Origin: Eledone cirrhosa
Lineage: Eukaryota
Reading direction: 5' to 3'
NCBI GenBank assembly: GCA_964016885.1
Contig: OZ024744.1
Location: 11,718,001 to 11,782,000, forward strand
DNA length: 64,000 bases
The notes under the pieces were generated by a model, which saw only the letters and a program-made list of their open reading frames with translations, ran no database searches and was not told the DNA's origin. A program made the position numbers and the translations under genes. This document shows positions 27,101 to 43,000 of the stretch, one piece after another (the stretch's first letter is position 1; the number at the start of each line of letters is the position of its first letter).

Positions 27101-30100
27101 ATATGTTGTGTTGTTTTACTCCAATATGTTGTGTTGTTGTACTCCAATATGTTGTATTGTTGTTCTCCAATATGTCATGTTATACTCCAATAAGTTGTGT
27201 TCTTGTACTCCAATATGTTGTGTAGTTGTACTCCAATATGTTGTGTTGTTGTACTCCAATATATCATGTTGTCGTACTCCAATATGTCATGTTATACTCC
27301 AATGTGTCATTGTTGTACTCCAATATGTCGTGTTGTTGTACTCCAATATGTCGTGTTGTTGGACTCCAATATGTTGTGTTGTTGTACTCCAATATGTTGT
27401 GTTGTTGTACTCCAATATGTTGTGTTGTTATACTCCAATATGTTATGTTGTTGTACTCCAATATGTCATGTTGTTGTACTCCAATATGTTTTGATTTTGT
27501 ACTCCAATATGTCGTGTTGTTATACTCCAATATGTTATGATGTTGTACTCCAATATATTGTGTTACTCCAATATTTCCAATATGCCATGTTGTTATACTC
27601 CAATAGGTTGTGTTGTTGTACTCCAATATGTCATAGGGGTTGTACTCCAATATGGTGTGTTGTTGTACTCCAATATGCTGTGTTGCTGTACTCCAATAGG
27701 TTGTGTTGTTGTACTCCAATATGCGGTGTTGGCTGTGCTCCAATACGTTGTGTTGTTGTACTCCAATATGTTGTGCTGCTGTACTCCAATATGTTGTGTT
27801 GTTGTACTCCAATATGTTGTGTTGTTGTACTCCAATATGTTGTGTTGTTGTACTCCAATCTATATCGCTGTTGTACTCCAATATGTTGTGTTGTTGTACT
27901 CCAATATGTTGTGCTGTTGTACTCCAATATGTTGTGATGTTGTACTCCAATATTTTGTGCTGTTATACTCCAATATATTGTGTTGTTATACTCCAATATG
28001 TTGTGTTGTTGTACTCCAAAATATTGTGTTGTTATACTCCAATATGTTGTGTTGTTATACTCCAATATGTTGTGCTGTTATACTCCAATATGTTGTGTTG
28101 TTGTACTCCAATATGTTGTGCTGTTATACTCCAATATTTTGTGTTGTTATACTCCAATATGTGGTATTGCTGTACTCCAATATGTTGTGCTGTTGTACTC
28201 CAATATGTTGTGTTGTTATACTCCAACATGTTGTGTTGTTATACTCCAATATGTTGTGTTGTTATACTCGAATATGTTGTGTTGTTATACTCGAATATCT
28301 TGTGTTGTTATACTCGAATATGTTGTGCTGTTGTACTCCAATATGTCGTGTTGTTGTACTCCAATATATCATGTAGTTGTACTCCAATATTTCGTGTTGT
28401 TGTACCCCAATATGTAGTGTTGTTTATACTCCAATATGTTTTGCTGTTGTACTCCAATATGTTGTGTTGCTGTACTCCTATATGTTGTGTTGTTATTCTC
28501 CAATATGTTGTGTTGTTATACTCCAATGTGTTGTGTTGTTATACTCCAATATGTTGTGTTGTTGTAGTCCAATATGTTGTGTTGTCGTACTCCAATATGT
28601 TGTGTTGTTATACTCCAATATTTCGTGTGGTTGTACTCCAATATGTCATGGTGTTGTACTTCAATATGTCGTGTTGTTGTACTCCAATATGTTGTCTTGC
28701 TGTACTCCAATATGTTGTGTTGTTGTACTCCAATATCTTGTGTTCTTATACTCCAATATGTTGTGTTGTTATACTCCAATATGTTGTGTTGTTGTACTCC
28801 AATATGTTGTGCTGTTTTACTCCAATATGTTGTGTTGTTGTACTCCAATATGTTGTATTATTTTTCTCCAATATGTCATGTTATACTCCAATAAGTTGTG
28901 TTCTTGTACTCCAATATGTTGTGTTGTTGTACTCCAATATATCATGTTGTCGTACTCCAATATGTCATGTTATACTCCAATATGTCATTGTTGTACTCCA
29001 ATATGTCGTGTTGTTGTACTCCAATATGTCGTGTTGTTGTACTCCAATATGTTGTGTTGTTGTACTCCAATATGTTGTGTTGTTGTACTCCAATATGTTG
29101 TGTTGTTATACTCCAATATGTTATGTTGTTGTACTCCAATATGTCATGTTGTTGTACTCCAATATGTTTTGATGTTGTACTCCAATATGTTGTGTTGTTG
29201 TACTCCAATATGTTTTGATGTTGTACTCCAATATGTTGTGTTGTTGTACTCCAATATGTTGTGTAGTCGTACTCCAATATGTTGTGTTGTTGTACTCCAA
29301 TATGCTGTGATGTTGTACTCCAATATGATATGCTGTTGTACTCCAATGCGTTGTGTTGTTGTACTCCAATATGCTGTTTTGTTATACTCCAATATGTTGT
29401 GTTGTTGTACTCCAATATGTTGTGTTGTTGTACTCCAATATGTTGTGTTGTTGTAATCCAATATCTTGTGTTGTTATACTCCAATATGTTGTGCTGTTGT
29501 ACTCCAATATGTTGAGTTGTTATACTCCAATATGTAGTGTTGTTATACTCCAATATGTTGTGTTGTTGTACTCCAATCTGTTGCGTTATACTCCAATATG
29601 TTGTGTTGTTATACTCCAATATGTTGTGTTGTTATACTCCAATATGTTGTGTTGTTTTACTCCAATATGTTGTATTGTTGATCTCCAATATGTCATATTA
29701 TACTCCAATAAGTTGTGTTCTTGTACTCCAATATGTGTTGTTGTTGTACTCCAATATGTTGCGTTGTTGTACTCCAATATATCATGTTGTCGTACTCCAA
29801 TATGTCATGTTATACTCCAATATGTTTTGATGCTGTACTCCAATATGTTGTGTTGTTGTACTACAATATGTTGTGTTGTTGTACTCCAATATGTTGTGTT
29901 GTTATACTCCAATATGTTGTGCTGTTGTACTCCAATATGTTGTGTTGTTATACTCCAATATGTAGTGTTGTTATACTCCAATATGTTGTGTTGTTGTACT
30001 CCAATCTGTTGTGTTGTTATACTCCAATATATTGTGTTGTTATACTCCAATATGTTGTGTTGTTTTACTCCAATATGTTGTGTTGTTGTACTCCAATATG

Positions 30101-30509
30101 TTGTATTGTTGTTCTCCAATATGTCATGTTATACTCCAATAAGTTGTGTTCTTGTACTCCAATATGTTGTGTTGTTGTACTCCAATATGTTGTGTTGTTG
30201 TACTCCAATATATCATGTTGTCGTACTCCAATATGACATGTTATACTCCAATATGTCGTTGTTATACTCCAATATGTCATGATGTTGTACTCCAATATGT
30301 CGTGTTCTTGTACTCCAATATGTCGTGTTGTCGTACTCCAATATGTTGTGTTGTTGTACTCCAATATGTTGTGCTGTTGTACTCCAATATGTTGTGTTGT
30401 TGTACTCCAATATGTTGTGTTGTTATACTCCAATATGTTGTGCTGTTGTACTCCAATATTTCGTGTTGTTGTACTCCAATACGTCGTGTTGTACTCCAAT
30501 ATGTTGTGT
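18197..30509. repeat. Higher-order repeat copy 3, expanded and rearranged variant (12,313 bp)
   Basis: ORF 18303..18791 recurs at 30616..31104 (+12313). The block ~22600-26020 interrupts the normal unit order; the unit resumes at ~26021, equivalent to 4751 (+21270). Confidence 0.85.
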
Positions 30510-33500
30510 TGTTATACTCCAATATGTTGTTGTACTCCAATGTGTCTTGTTGTTGTACTCCAATTTTTTTTGATGTTGTACTCCAATATGTTGTGTTGTT
30601 GTACTCCAATATGTTTTGATGTTGTACTCCAATATGTTGTGTTGTTGTACTCCAATATGTTGTGTAGTCGTATTCCAATATGTTGTGTTGTTGTACTCTA
30701 ATATGTTTTGTTGTTATTCTCCAATATGTTGTGATGTTGTACTCCAATGTGTTGTGTTGTTGTACTCCAATGTGATGTGTTGTTGTACTCCAATATGTTG
30801 TGCTGTTGTACTCCAATATTTTTTGTTTTTTGTACTCCAATATGTTGTGTTGTTATACTCCAATATGTTGTGTTGTTATACTCCAATATGGTGTGTTGTT
30901 GTACTCCAATATGTTGTATTGTTTTCTCCAATATGTCATGTTATACTCCAATATGGTGTGTTCGTGTACTCCAATATGTTGTGTTATTGTACTCCAATAT
31001 GTTGCGTTGTTGTACTCCAATATGTTGTGTTGTTATACTCCAATATGTCGTGTGGCTGTACTCCAATATGTCATGTTGTTGTACTCCAATATGTCTTGTT
31101 ATAGTCCAATATGTCGTGTTGTTGTACTCCAATATATCATGTAGTTGTACTCCAATATTTCGTGTTGTTGTACCCCAATATGTAGTGTTGTTTATACTCC
31201 AATATGTTTTGCTGTTGTACTCCAATATGTTGTGTTGCTGTACTCCTATATGTTGTGTTGTTATTCTCCAATATGTTGTGCTGTTGTACTCCAATGTGTT
31301 GTGTTGTTATACTCCAATGTGTTGTGTTGTTATACTCCAATATGTTGTGTTGTTGTAGTCCAATATGTTGTGTTGTCGTACTCCAATATGTTGTGTTGTT
31401 ATACTCCAATATTTCGTGTGGTTGTACTCCAGTATGTCATGGTGTTGTACTTCAATATGTCGTGTTGTTGTACTCCAATATGTTGTCTTGTTGTACTCCA
31501 ATCTGTTGTATTGTTGTACTTCAATATGTTCTGTTGTTGTACTCCAATATATTGTGTTGTTGTACTCCAACATGTTGTGTTGTTGTACTCCAATATGCTG
31601 TGTTGTTGTACTCCAATATGTTGTGTTGTTGTACTCCAATATGTTGTGTTGTTGTACTCCAATATCTTGTGTTCTTATACTCCAATATGTTGTGTTGTTA
31701 TACTCCAATATGTTGTGTTGTTGTACTCCAATATGTTGTGCTGTTGTACTCTAATATGATGTGCTGTTGTACTCCAATATGTTGTGTTGTTGTACTCCAA
31801 TGTGTTGTGTTGTTGTACTCCAATATGTTGTGCCGTTGTACTCCAATATTTTTTTGTTTTTGTACTCCAAAATGTTGTGTTGTTATACTCCAATATGTTG
31901 TGTTGGTGTACTCCAATATGGTGTGCTGTTGTACTCCAAATCTCGTGTTGTTATACTCCAATGTGTTGTGTTGTTATACTCCAATATGGTGTGTTGTTGA
32001 ACTCCAATATGTTGTATTGTTTTTCTCCAATATGTCATGTTATACTCCAATATGTCGTGTTGCTGTACTCCAATATGTCATGCTGTTGTACTCCAATATG
32101 TTTTGCTGTTGTACTCCACCGTGTTGTGCTGTTGAACTCCAATACGTTGTGTTGTTGTTCTCCAATATTTTGTGCTGTTGTACTCCAATTTGTGTTGTTG
32201 TACTCCAATATGTTGTGTTGTTGTACTCCAATATGTTGTGTTGTTGTACTCCAATATGTTGTGTTGTTATACTCCAATATGTTGTGCTGTTGTACTCCAA
32301 TATTTCGTGTTGTTGTACTCCAATACGTCGTGTTGTTGTACTCCAATATGTTTTGATGTTGTACTCAAATATGTTGTGTTGTTGTACTCCAATATGTTTT
32401 GATGTTGTACTCCAATATGTTGTGTTGTTGTACTCCAATATGTTGTGTAGTCTTACTCCAATATGTTGTGTTGTTGTACTCCAATATGCTGTGATGTTGT
32501 ACTCCAATATGATGTGATGTTGTACTCCAATGCGTTGTGTTGTTGTATTCCAATGTGATGTGTTGTTGTACTCCAATATGTTGTGCCATTGTACTCCAAT
32601 ATTTTTTATATTTGTACTCCAATATGTTGTGTTGTTATACTCCAATATGTTGTGCTGTTGTACTCCAAATCTCGTGTTGTTATACTCCAATGTGTTGTGT
32701 TGTTATACTCCAATATGGTGTGTTGTTGTAGTCCAATATATTGTATTGTTTTTTTCCAATATGTCATGTTATACTCCAATATGTTGTGTTCGTGTACTCC
32801 AATATGTTGTGTTATTGTACTCCAATATGTTGCGTTGTTGTACTCCAATATGTTGTGTTGTTATACTCCAATATGTTGTGTTGTTGTACTCCAATATGTT
32901 GTCTTGTTGTACTCCAAAAGGCCATGTTATCGTACTCCAATATGTCTTGTTATACTCCAATATGTCGTGTGGCTGTACTCCAATATGTCATGTTGTTGTA
33001 CTCCAATATGTCTTGTTATAGTCCAATATGTCGTGTTGTTGTACTCCAATATGTCATGTAGTTGTATTCCAATATTTCGTGTTGTTGTACCCCAATATGT
33101 CGTGTTGTTTATACTCCAATATGTTTTGCTGTTGTACTCCAATATGTTGTGTTGCTGTATTCCAATATGTTGTGTTGTTATTCTCCAATATGTTGTGCTG
33201 TTGTACTCCAATGTGTTATGTTGTTATACTCCAATATGTTGTGCTGTGCTACTCCAATATATTGTGTTGTTGTACTCCAATGTGTTGTGTTGTTATACTC
33301 CAATATGTTGTGTTGATTTACTCCAATATGTTGTGTTGTTGTACTCCAATCTGTTGTGTTGTTATACTCCAATATGTTGTGTTGTTATACTCCAATATGT
33401 TGTGTTGTTTTACTCCAATATGTTGTGTTGTTGTACTCCAATATGTTGTGTTGTTGTACTCCAATATGTTGTGTTGTTGTAATCCAATATCTTGTGTTGT

Positions 33501-36500
33501 TATACTCCAATATGTTGTGTTGTTGTACTCCAATATGTTGTGTTGTTATACTCCAATATGTTGTGTTGTGATACTCCAATATGTTGTGCTGTTGTACTCC
33601 AATATGTTGTATTGTTGTTCTCCAATATGTCATGTTATACTCCAATAAGTTGTGTTCTTGTACTCCAATATGTTGTGTTGTTGTACTCCAATATATCATG
33701 TTGTCGTACTCCAATATGTCATGTTATACTCCAATATGTCGTTGTTATACTCCAATATGTCATGTTGTTGTACTCCAATATGTCGTATTGTTATACTCCA
33801 ATATGTTTTGATGTTGTACTCCAATATGTTGTGTTGTTGTACTCCAATATGTTGTGTAGTCGTACTCCAATATGTTGTATTGTTATACTCCATTATGTTG
33901 TGCTGTTGTACTCCAATATGTTCTGTTGTTGTACTCCAATATATTGTGTTGTTGTACTCCAATATGTCGTGTTGTTGTACTCCAATATGTCGTGTTGTTG
34001 TACTCCAATATGTTGTGTTGTTGTACTCCAATATGTTGTGTTGTTGTACTCCAATATGTTGTATTGTTATACTCCAATATGTTATGTTGTTGTACTCCAA
34101 TATGTCATGTTGTTGTACTCCAATATGTTTTGATGTTGTACTCCAATATGTTGTGTTGTTGTACTCCAATATGTTTTTATGTTGTACTCCAATATGTTGT
34201 GTTGTTGTACTCCAATATGTTGTGTAGTCGTACTCCAATATGTTGTGTTGTTGTACTCCAATATGCTGTGATGTTGTACTCCAATATGATGTGCTGTTGT
34301 ACTCCAATGCGTTATGTTGTTGTACTCCAATATGCTGTGTTGTTATACTCCAATATGTTGTGTTGTTGTACTCCAATATGTTGTGTTGTTGTACTCCAAT
34401 ATGTTGTGTTGTTGTAATCCAATATCTTGTGTTGTTATACTCCAATATGTTGTGCTGTTGTACTCCAATATGTTGAGTTGTTATACTCCAATATGTAGTG
34501 TTGTTATACTCCAATATGTTGTGTTGTTGTACTCCAATCTGTTGCGTTATACTCCAATATGTTGTGTTGTTATACTCCAATATGTTGTGTTGTTATACTC
34601 CAATATGTTGTGTTGTTTTACTCCAATATGTTGTATTGTTGATCTCCAATATGTCATATTATACTCCAATAAGTTGTGTTCTTGTACTCCAATATGTGTT
34701 GTTGTTGTACTCCAATATGTTGCGTTGTTGTACTCCAATATATCATGTTGTCGTACTCCAATATGTCATGTTATACTCCAATATGTTTTGATGCTGTACT
34801 CCAATATGTTGTGTTGTTGTACTACAATATGTTGTGTTGTTGTACTCCAATATGTTGTGTTGTTATACTCCAATATGGTGTGCTGTTGTACTCCAATATG
34901 TTGTGTTGTTGTACTCCAATATGTTGTGCTGTTATACTCCAATATTTTGTGTTGTTATACTCCAATATGTGGTATTGTTGTCCTCCAATATGTTGTGCTG
35001 TTGTACTCCAATATGTTGTGTTGTTATACTCCAACATGTTGTGTTGTTATACTCCAATATGTTGTGTTGTTATACTCGAATATGTTGTGTTGTTATACTC
35101 GAATATCTTGTGTTGTTATACTCGAATATGTTGTGCTGTTGTACTCCAATATGTCGTGTTGTTGTACTCCAATATATCATGTAGTTGTACTCCAATATTT
35201 CGTGTTGTTGTACCCCAATATGTAGTGTTGTTTATATTCCAATATGTTTTGCTGTTGTACTCCAATATGTTGTGTTGCTGTACTCCTATATGTTGTGTTG
35301 TTATTCTCCAATATGTTGTGTTGTTGTACTCCAATCTGTTGTGTTGTTATACTCCAATGTGTTGTGTTGTTATACTCCAACATGTTGTGTTGTTATACTC
35401 CAATATTTCGTGTGGTTGTACTCCAATATGTCATGGTGTTGTACTTCAATATGTCGTGTTGTTGTACTCCAATATGTTGTCTTGCTGTACTCCAATCTGT
35501 TGTATTGTTGTACTTCAATATGTTCTGTTGTTGTACTCCAATATATTGTGTTGTTGTACTCCAATATGTTGTGTTGTTGTACTCCAATATGTTGTGCTGT
35601 TGTACTCCAATATGATGTGCTGTTGTACTCCAATATGTTGTATTGTTGTTCTCCAATATGTCATGTTATACTCCAATAAGTTGTGTTCTTGTACTCCAAT
35701 ATGTTGTGTTGCTGTACTCCAATATATCATGTTGTCGTACTCCAATATGTCATGTTATACTCCAATATGTCATTGTTGTACTCCAATATGTCGTGTTGTT
35801 GTACTCCAATATGTCGTGTTGTTGTACTCCAATATGTTGTGTTGTTGTACTCCAATATGTTGTGTTGTTGTACTCCAATATGTTGTGTTGTTATACTCCA
35901 ATATGTTATGTTGTTGTACTCCAATATGTCATGTTGTTGTACTCCAATATGTTTTGATGTTGTACTCCAATATGTTCTGTTGTTGTACTCCAATATGTTT
36001 TGATGTTGTACTCCAATATGTTGTGTTGTTGTACTCCAATATGTTGTGTAGTCGTACTCCAATATGTTGTGTTGTTGTACTCCAATATGCTGTGATGTTG
36101 TACTCCAATATGATGTGCTGTTGTACTCCAATGCGTTGTGTTGTTGTACTCCAATATGCTGTGTTGTTATACTCCAATATGTTGTGTTGTTATACTCCAA
36201 TATGTTGTGTTGTTATACTCCAATATGTTGTGTTGTTTTACTCCAATATGTTGTATTGTTGATCTCCAATATGTCATATTATACTCCAATAAGTTGTGTT
36301 CTTGTACTCCAATATGTGTTGTTGTTGTACTCCAATATGTTGCGTTGTTGTACTCCAATATATCATGTTGTCGTACTCCAATATGTCATGTTATACTCCA
36401 ATATGTTTTGATGCTGTACTCCAATATGTTGTGTTGTTGTACTACAATATGTTGTGTTGTTGTACTCCAATATGTTGTGTTGTTATACTCCAATATGTTG

Positions 36501-39500
36501 TGCTGTTGTACTCCAATATGTTGTGTTGTTATACTCCAATATGTAGTGTTGTTATACTCCAATATGTTATGTTGTTGTACTCCAATCTGTTGTGTTGTTA
36601 TACTCCAATATATTGTGTTGTTATACTCCAATATGTTGTGTTGTTTTACTCCAATATGTTGTGTTGTTGTACTCCAATATGTTGTATTGTTGTTCTCCAA
36701 TATGTCATGTTATACTCCAATAAGTTGTGTTCTTGTACTCCAATATGTTGTGTAGTTGTACTCCAATATGTTGTGTTGTTGTACTCCAATATATCATGTT
36801 GTCGTACTCCAATATGTCATGTTATACTCCAATGTGTCATTGTTGTACTCCAATATGTCGTGTTGTTGTACTCCAATATGTCGTGTTGTTGGACTCCAAT
36901 ATGTTGTGTTGTTGTACTCCAATATGTTGTGTTGTTGTACTCCAATATGTTGTGTTGTTATACTCCAATATGTTATGTTGTTGTACTCCAATATGTCATG
37001 TTGTTGTACTCCAATATGTTTTGATTTTGTACTCCAATATGTCGTGTTGTTATACTCCAATATGTTATGATGTTGTACTCCAATATATTGTGTTACTCCA
37101 ATATTTCCAATATGCCATGTTGTTATACTCCAATAGGTTGTGTTGTTGTACTCCAATATGTCATAGGGGTTGTACTCCAATATGGTGTGTTGTTGTACTC
37201 CAATATGCTGTGTTGCTGTACTCCAATAGGTTGTGTTGTTGTACTCCAATATGCGGTGTTGGCTGTGCTCCAATACGTTGTGTTGTTGTACTCCAATATG
37301 TTGTGCTGCTGTACTCCAATATGTTGTGTTGTTGTACTCCAATATGTTGTGTTGTTGTACTCCAATATGTTGTGTTGTTGTACTCCAATCTATATCGCTG
37401 TTGTACTCCAATATGTTGTGTTGTTGTACTCCAATATGTTGTGCTGTTGTACTCCAATATGTTGTGATGTTGTACTCCAATATTTTGTGCTGTTATACTC
37501 CAATATATTGTGTTGTTATACTCCAATATGTTGTGTTGTTGTACTCCAAAATATTGTGTTGTTATACTCCAATATGTTGTGTTGTTATACTCCAATATGT
37601 TGTGCTGTTATACTCCAATATGTTGTGTTGTTGTACTCCAATATGTTGTGCTGTTATACTCCAATATTTTGTGTTGTTATACTCCAATATGTGGTATTGC
37701 TGTACTCCAATATGTTGTGCTGTTGTACTCCAATATGTTGTGTTGTTATACTCCAACATGTTGTGTTGTTATACTCCAATATGTTGTGTTGTTATACTCG
37801 AATATGTTGTGTTGTTATACTCGAATATCTTGTGTTGTTATACTCGAATATGTTGTGCTGTTGTACTCCAATATGTCGTGTTGTTGTACTCCAATATATC
37901 ATGTAGTTGTACTCCAATATTTCGTGTTGTTGTACCCCAATATGTAGTGTTGTTTATACTCCAATATGTTTTGCTGTTGTACTCCAATATGTTGTGTTGC
38001 TGTACTCCTATATGTTGTGTTGTTATTCTCCAATATGTTGTGTTGTTATACTCCAATGTGTTGTGTTGTTATACTCCAATATGTTGTGTTGTTGTAGTCC
38101 AATATGTTGTGTTGTCGTACTCCAATATGTTGTGTTGTTATACTCCAATATTTCGTGTGGTTGTACTCCAATATGTCATGGTGTTGTACTTCAATATGTC
38201 GTGTTGTTGTACTCCAATATGTTGTCTTGCTGTACTCCAATATGTTGTGTTGTTGTACTCCAATATCTTGTGTTCTTATACTCCAATATGTTGTGTTGTT
38301 ATACTCCAATATGTTGTGTTGTTGTACTCCAATATGTTGTGCTGTTTTACTCCAATATGTTGTGTTGTTGTACTCCAATATGTTGTATTATTTTTCTCCA
38401 ATATGTCATGTTATACTCCAATAAGTTGTGTTCTTGTACTCCAATATGTTGTGTTGTTGTACTCCAATATATCATGTTGTCGTACTCCAATATGTCATGT
38501 TATACTCCAATATGTCATTGTTGTACTCCAATATGTCGTGTTGTTGTACTCCAATATGTCGTGTTGTTGTACTCCAATATGTTGTGTTGTTGTACGCCAA
38601 TATGTTGTGTTGTTGTACTCCAATATGTTGTGTTGTTATACTCCAATATGTTATGTTGTTGTACTCCAATATGTCATGTTGTTGTACTCCAATATGTTTT
38701 GATGTTGTACTCCAATATGTTGTGTTGTTGTACTCCAATATGTTTTGATGTTGTACTCCAATATGTTGTGTTGTTGTACTCCAATATGTTGTGTAGTCGT
38801 ACTCCAATATGTTGTGTTGTTGTACTCCAATATGCTGTGATGTTGTACTCCAATATGATATGCTGTTGTACTCCAATGCGTTGTGTTGTTGTACTCCAAT
38901 ATGCTGTTTTGTTATACTCCAATATGTTGTGTTGTTGTACTCCAATATGTTGTGTTGTTGTACTCCAATATGTTGTGTTGTTGTAATCCAATATCTTGTG
39001 TTGTTATACTCCAATATGTTGTGCTGTTGTACTCCAATATGTTGAGTTGTTATACTCCAATATGTAGTGTTGTTATACTCCAATATGTTGTGTTGTTGTA
39101 CTCCAATCTGTTGCGTTATACTCCAATATGTTGTGTTGTTATACTCCAATATGTTGTGTTGTTATACTCCAATATGTTGTGTTGTTTTACTCCAATATGT
39201 TGTATTGTTGATCTCCAATATGTCATATTATACTCCAATAAGTTGTGTTCTTGTACTCCAATATGTGTTGTTGTTGTACTCCAATATGTTGCGTTGTTGT
39301 ACTCCAATATATCATGTTGTCGTACTCCAATATGTCATGTTATACTCCAATATGTTTTGATGCTGTACTCCAATATGTTGTGTTGTTGTACTACAATATG
39401 TTGTGTTGTTGTACTCCAATATGTTGTGTTGTTATACTCCAATATGTTGTGCTGTTGTACTCCAATATGTTGTGTTGTTATACTCCAATATGTAGTGTTG

Positions 39501-40039
39501 TTATACTCCAATATGTTGTGTTGTTGTACTCCAATCTGTTGTGTTGTTATACTCCAATATATTGTGTTGTTATACTCCAATATGTTGTGTTGTTTTACTC
39601 CAATATGTTGTGTTGTTGTACTCCAATATGTTGTATTGTTGTTCTCCAATATGTCATGTTATACTCCAATAAGTTGAGTTCTTGTACTCCAATATGTTGT
39701 GTTGTTGTACTCCAATATGTTGTGTTGTTGTACTCCAATATATCATGTTGTCGTACTCCAATATGACATGTTATACTCCAATATGTCGTTGTTATACTCC
39801 AATATGTCATGATGTTGTACTCCAATATGTCATGTTCTTGTACTCCAATATGTCGTGTTGTCGTACTCCAATATGTTGTGTTGTTGTACTCCAATATGTT
39901 GTGCTGTTGTACTCCAATATGTTGTGTTGTTGTACTCCAATATGTTGTGTTGTTATACTCCAATATGTTGTGCTGTTGTACTCCAATATTTCGTGTTGTT
40001 GTACTCCAATACGTCGTGTTGTACTCCAATATGTTGTGT
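30510..40039. repeat. Higher-order repeat copy 4 (9530 bp; full-length form of the unit)
   Basis: ORF 30616..31104 recurs at 40146..40634 (+9530), and 27703..29172 recurs at 37233..38702 (+9530). Confidence 0.9.
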
Positions 40040-43000
40040 TGTTATACTCCAATATGTTGTTGTACTCCAATGTGTCTTGTTGTTGTACTCCAATATGTTT
40101 TGATGTTGTACTCCAATATGTTGTGTTGTTGTACTCCAATATGTTTTGATGTTGTACTCCAATATGTTGTGTTGTTGTACTCCAATATGTTGTGTAGTCG
40201 TATTCCAATATGTTGTGTTGTTGTACTCTAATATGTTTTGTTGTTATTCTCCAATATGTTGTGATGTTGTACTCCAATGTGTTGTGTTGTTGTACTCCAA
40301 TGTGATGTGTTGTTGTACTCCAATATGTTGTGCTGTTGTACTCCAATATTTTTTGTTTTTTGTACTCCAATATGTTGTGTTGTTATACTCCAATATGTTG
40401 TGTTGTTATACTCCAATATGGTGTGTTGTTGTACTCCAATATGTTGTATTGTTTTCTCCAATATGTCATGTTATACTCCAATATGGTGTGTTCGTGTACT
40501 CCAATATGTTGTGTTATTGTACTCCAATATGTTGCGTTGTTGTACTCCAATATGTTGTGTTGTTATACTCCAATATGTCGTGTGGCTGTACTCCAATATG
40601 TCATGTTGTTGTACTCCAATATGTCTTGTTATAGTCCAATATGTCGTGTTGTTGTACTCCAATATATCATGTAGTTGTACTCCAATATTTCGTGTTGTTG
40701 TACCCCAATATGTAGTGTTGTTTATACTCCAATATGTTTTGCTGTTGTACTCCAATATGTTGTGTTGCTGTACTCCTATATGTTGTGTTGTTATTCTCCA
40801 ATATGTTGTGCTGTTGTACTCCAATGTGTTGTGTTGTTATACTCCAATGTGTTGTGTTGTTATACTCCAATATGTTGTGTTGTTGTAGTCCAATATGTTG
40901 TGTTGTCGTACTCCAATATGTTGTGTTGTTATACTCCAATATTTCGTGTGGTTGTACTCCAGTATGTCATGGTGTTGTACTTCAATATGTCGTGTTGTTG
41001 TACTCCAATATGTTGTCTTGTTGTACTCCAATCTGTTGTATTGTTGTACTTCAATATGTTCTGTTGTTGTACTCCAATATATTGTGTTGTTGTACTCCAA
41101 CATGTTGTGTTGTTGTACTCCAATATGCTGTGTTGTTGTACTCCAATATGTTGTGTTGTTGTACTCCAATATGTTGTGTTGTTGTACTCCAATATCTTGT
41201 GTTCTTATACTCCAATATGTTGTGTTGTTATACTCCAATATGTTGTGTTGTTGTACTCCAATATGTTGTGCTGTTGTACTCCAATATGATGTGCTGTTGT
41301 ACTCCAATATGTTGTGTTGTTGTACTCCAATGTGTTGTGTTGTTCTACTCCAATATGTTGTGCCGTTGTACTCCAATATTTTTTTTGTTTTTGTACTCCA
41401 AAATGTTGTGTTATTATACTCCAATATGTTGTGTTGGTGTACTCCAATATGGTGTGCTGTTGTACTCCAAATCTCGTGTTGTTATACTCCAATGTGTTGT
41501 GTTGTTATACTCCAATATGGTGTGTTGTTGAACTCCAATATGTTGTATTGTTTTTCTCCAATATGTCATGTTATACTCCAATATGTCGTGTTGCTGTACT
41601 CCAATATGTCATGCTGTTGTACTCCAATATGTTTTGCTGTTGTACTCCACCGTGTTGTGTTGTTGAACTCCAATACGTTGTGTTGTTGTTCTCCAATATT
41701 TTGTGCTGTTGTACTCCAATTTGTGTTGTTGTACTCCAATATGTTGTGTTGTTGTACTCCAATATGTTGTGTTGTTGTACTCCAATATGTTGTGTTGTTA
41801 TACTCCAATATGTTGTGCTGTTGTACTCCAATATTTCGTGTTGTTGTACTCCAATACGTCGTGTTGTTGTACTCCAATATGTTTTGATGTTGTACTCAAA
41901 TATGTTGTGTTGTTGTACTCCAATATGTTTTGATGTTGTACTCCAATATGTTGTGTTGTTGTACTCCAATATGTTGTGTAGTCTTACTCCAATATGTTGT
42001 GTTGTTGTACTCCAATATGCTGTGATGTTGTACTCCAATATGATGTGATGTTGTACTCCAATGCGTTGTGTTGTTGTATTCCAATGTGATGTGTTGTTGT
42101 ACTCCAATATGTTGTGCCATTGTACTCCAATATTTTTTATATTTGTACTCCAATATGTTGTGTTGTTATACTCCAATATGTTGTGCTGTTGTACTCCAAA
42201 TCTCGTGTTGTTATACTCCAATGTGTTGTGTTGTTATACTCCAATATGGTGTGTTGTTGTAGTCCAATATGTTGTATTGTTTTTTTCCAATATGTCATGT
42301 TATACTCCAATATGTTGTGTTCGTGTACTCCAATATGTTGTGTTATTGTACTCCAATATGTTGCGTTGTTGTACTCCAATATGTTGTGTTGTTATACTCC
42401 AATATGTTGTGTTGTTGTACTCCAATATGTTGTCTTGTTGTACTCCAAAAGGCCATGTTATCGTACTCCAATATGTCTTGTTATACTCCAATATGTCGTG
42501 TGGCTGTACTCCAATATGTCATGTTGTTGTACTCCAATATGTCTTGTTATAGTCCAATATGTCGTGTTGTTGTACTCCAATATGTCATGTAGTTGTATTC
42601 CAATATTTCGTGTTGTTGTACCCCAATATGTCGTGTTGTTTATACTCCAATATGTTTTGCTGTTGTACTCCAATATGTTGTGTTGCTGTATTCCAATATG
42701 TTGTGTTGTTATTCTCCAATATGTTGTGCTGTTGTACTCCAATGTGTTATGTTGTTATACTCCAATATGTTGTGCTGTGCTACTCCAATATATTGTGTTG
42801 TTGTACTCCAATGTGTTGTGTTGTTATACTCCAATATGTTGTGTTGATTTACTCCAATATGTTGTGTTGTTGTACTCCAATCTGTTGTGTTGTTATACTC
42901 CAATATGTTGTGTTGTTATACTCCAATATGTTGTGTTGTTTTACTCCAATATGTTGTGTTGTTGTACTCCAATATGTTGTGTTGTTGTACTCCAATATGT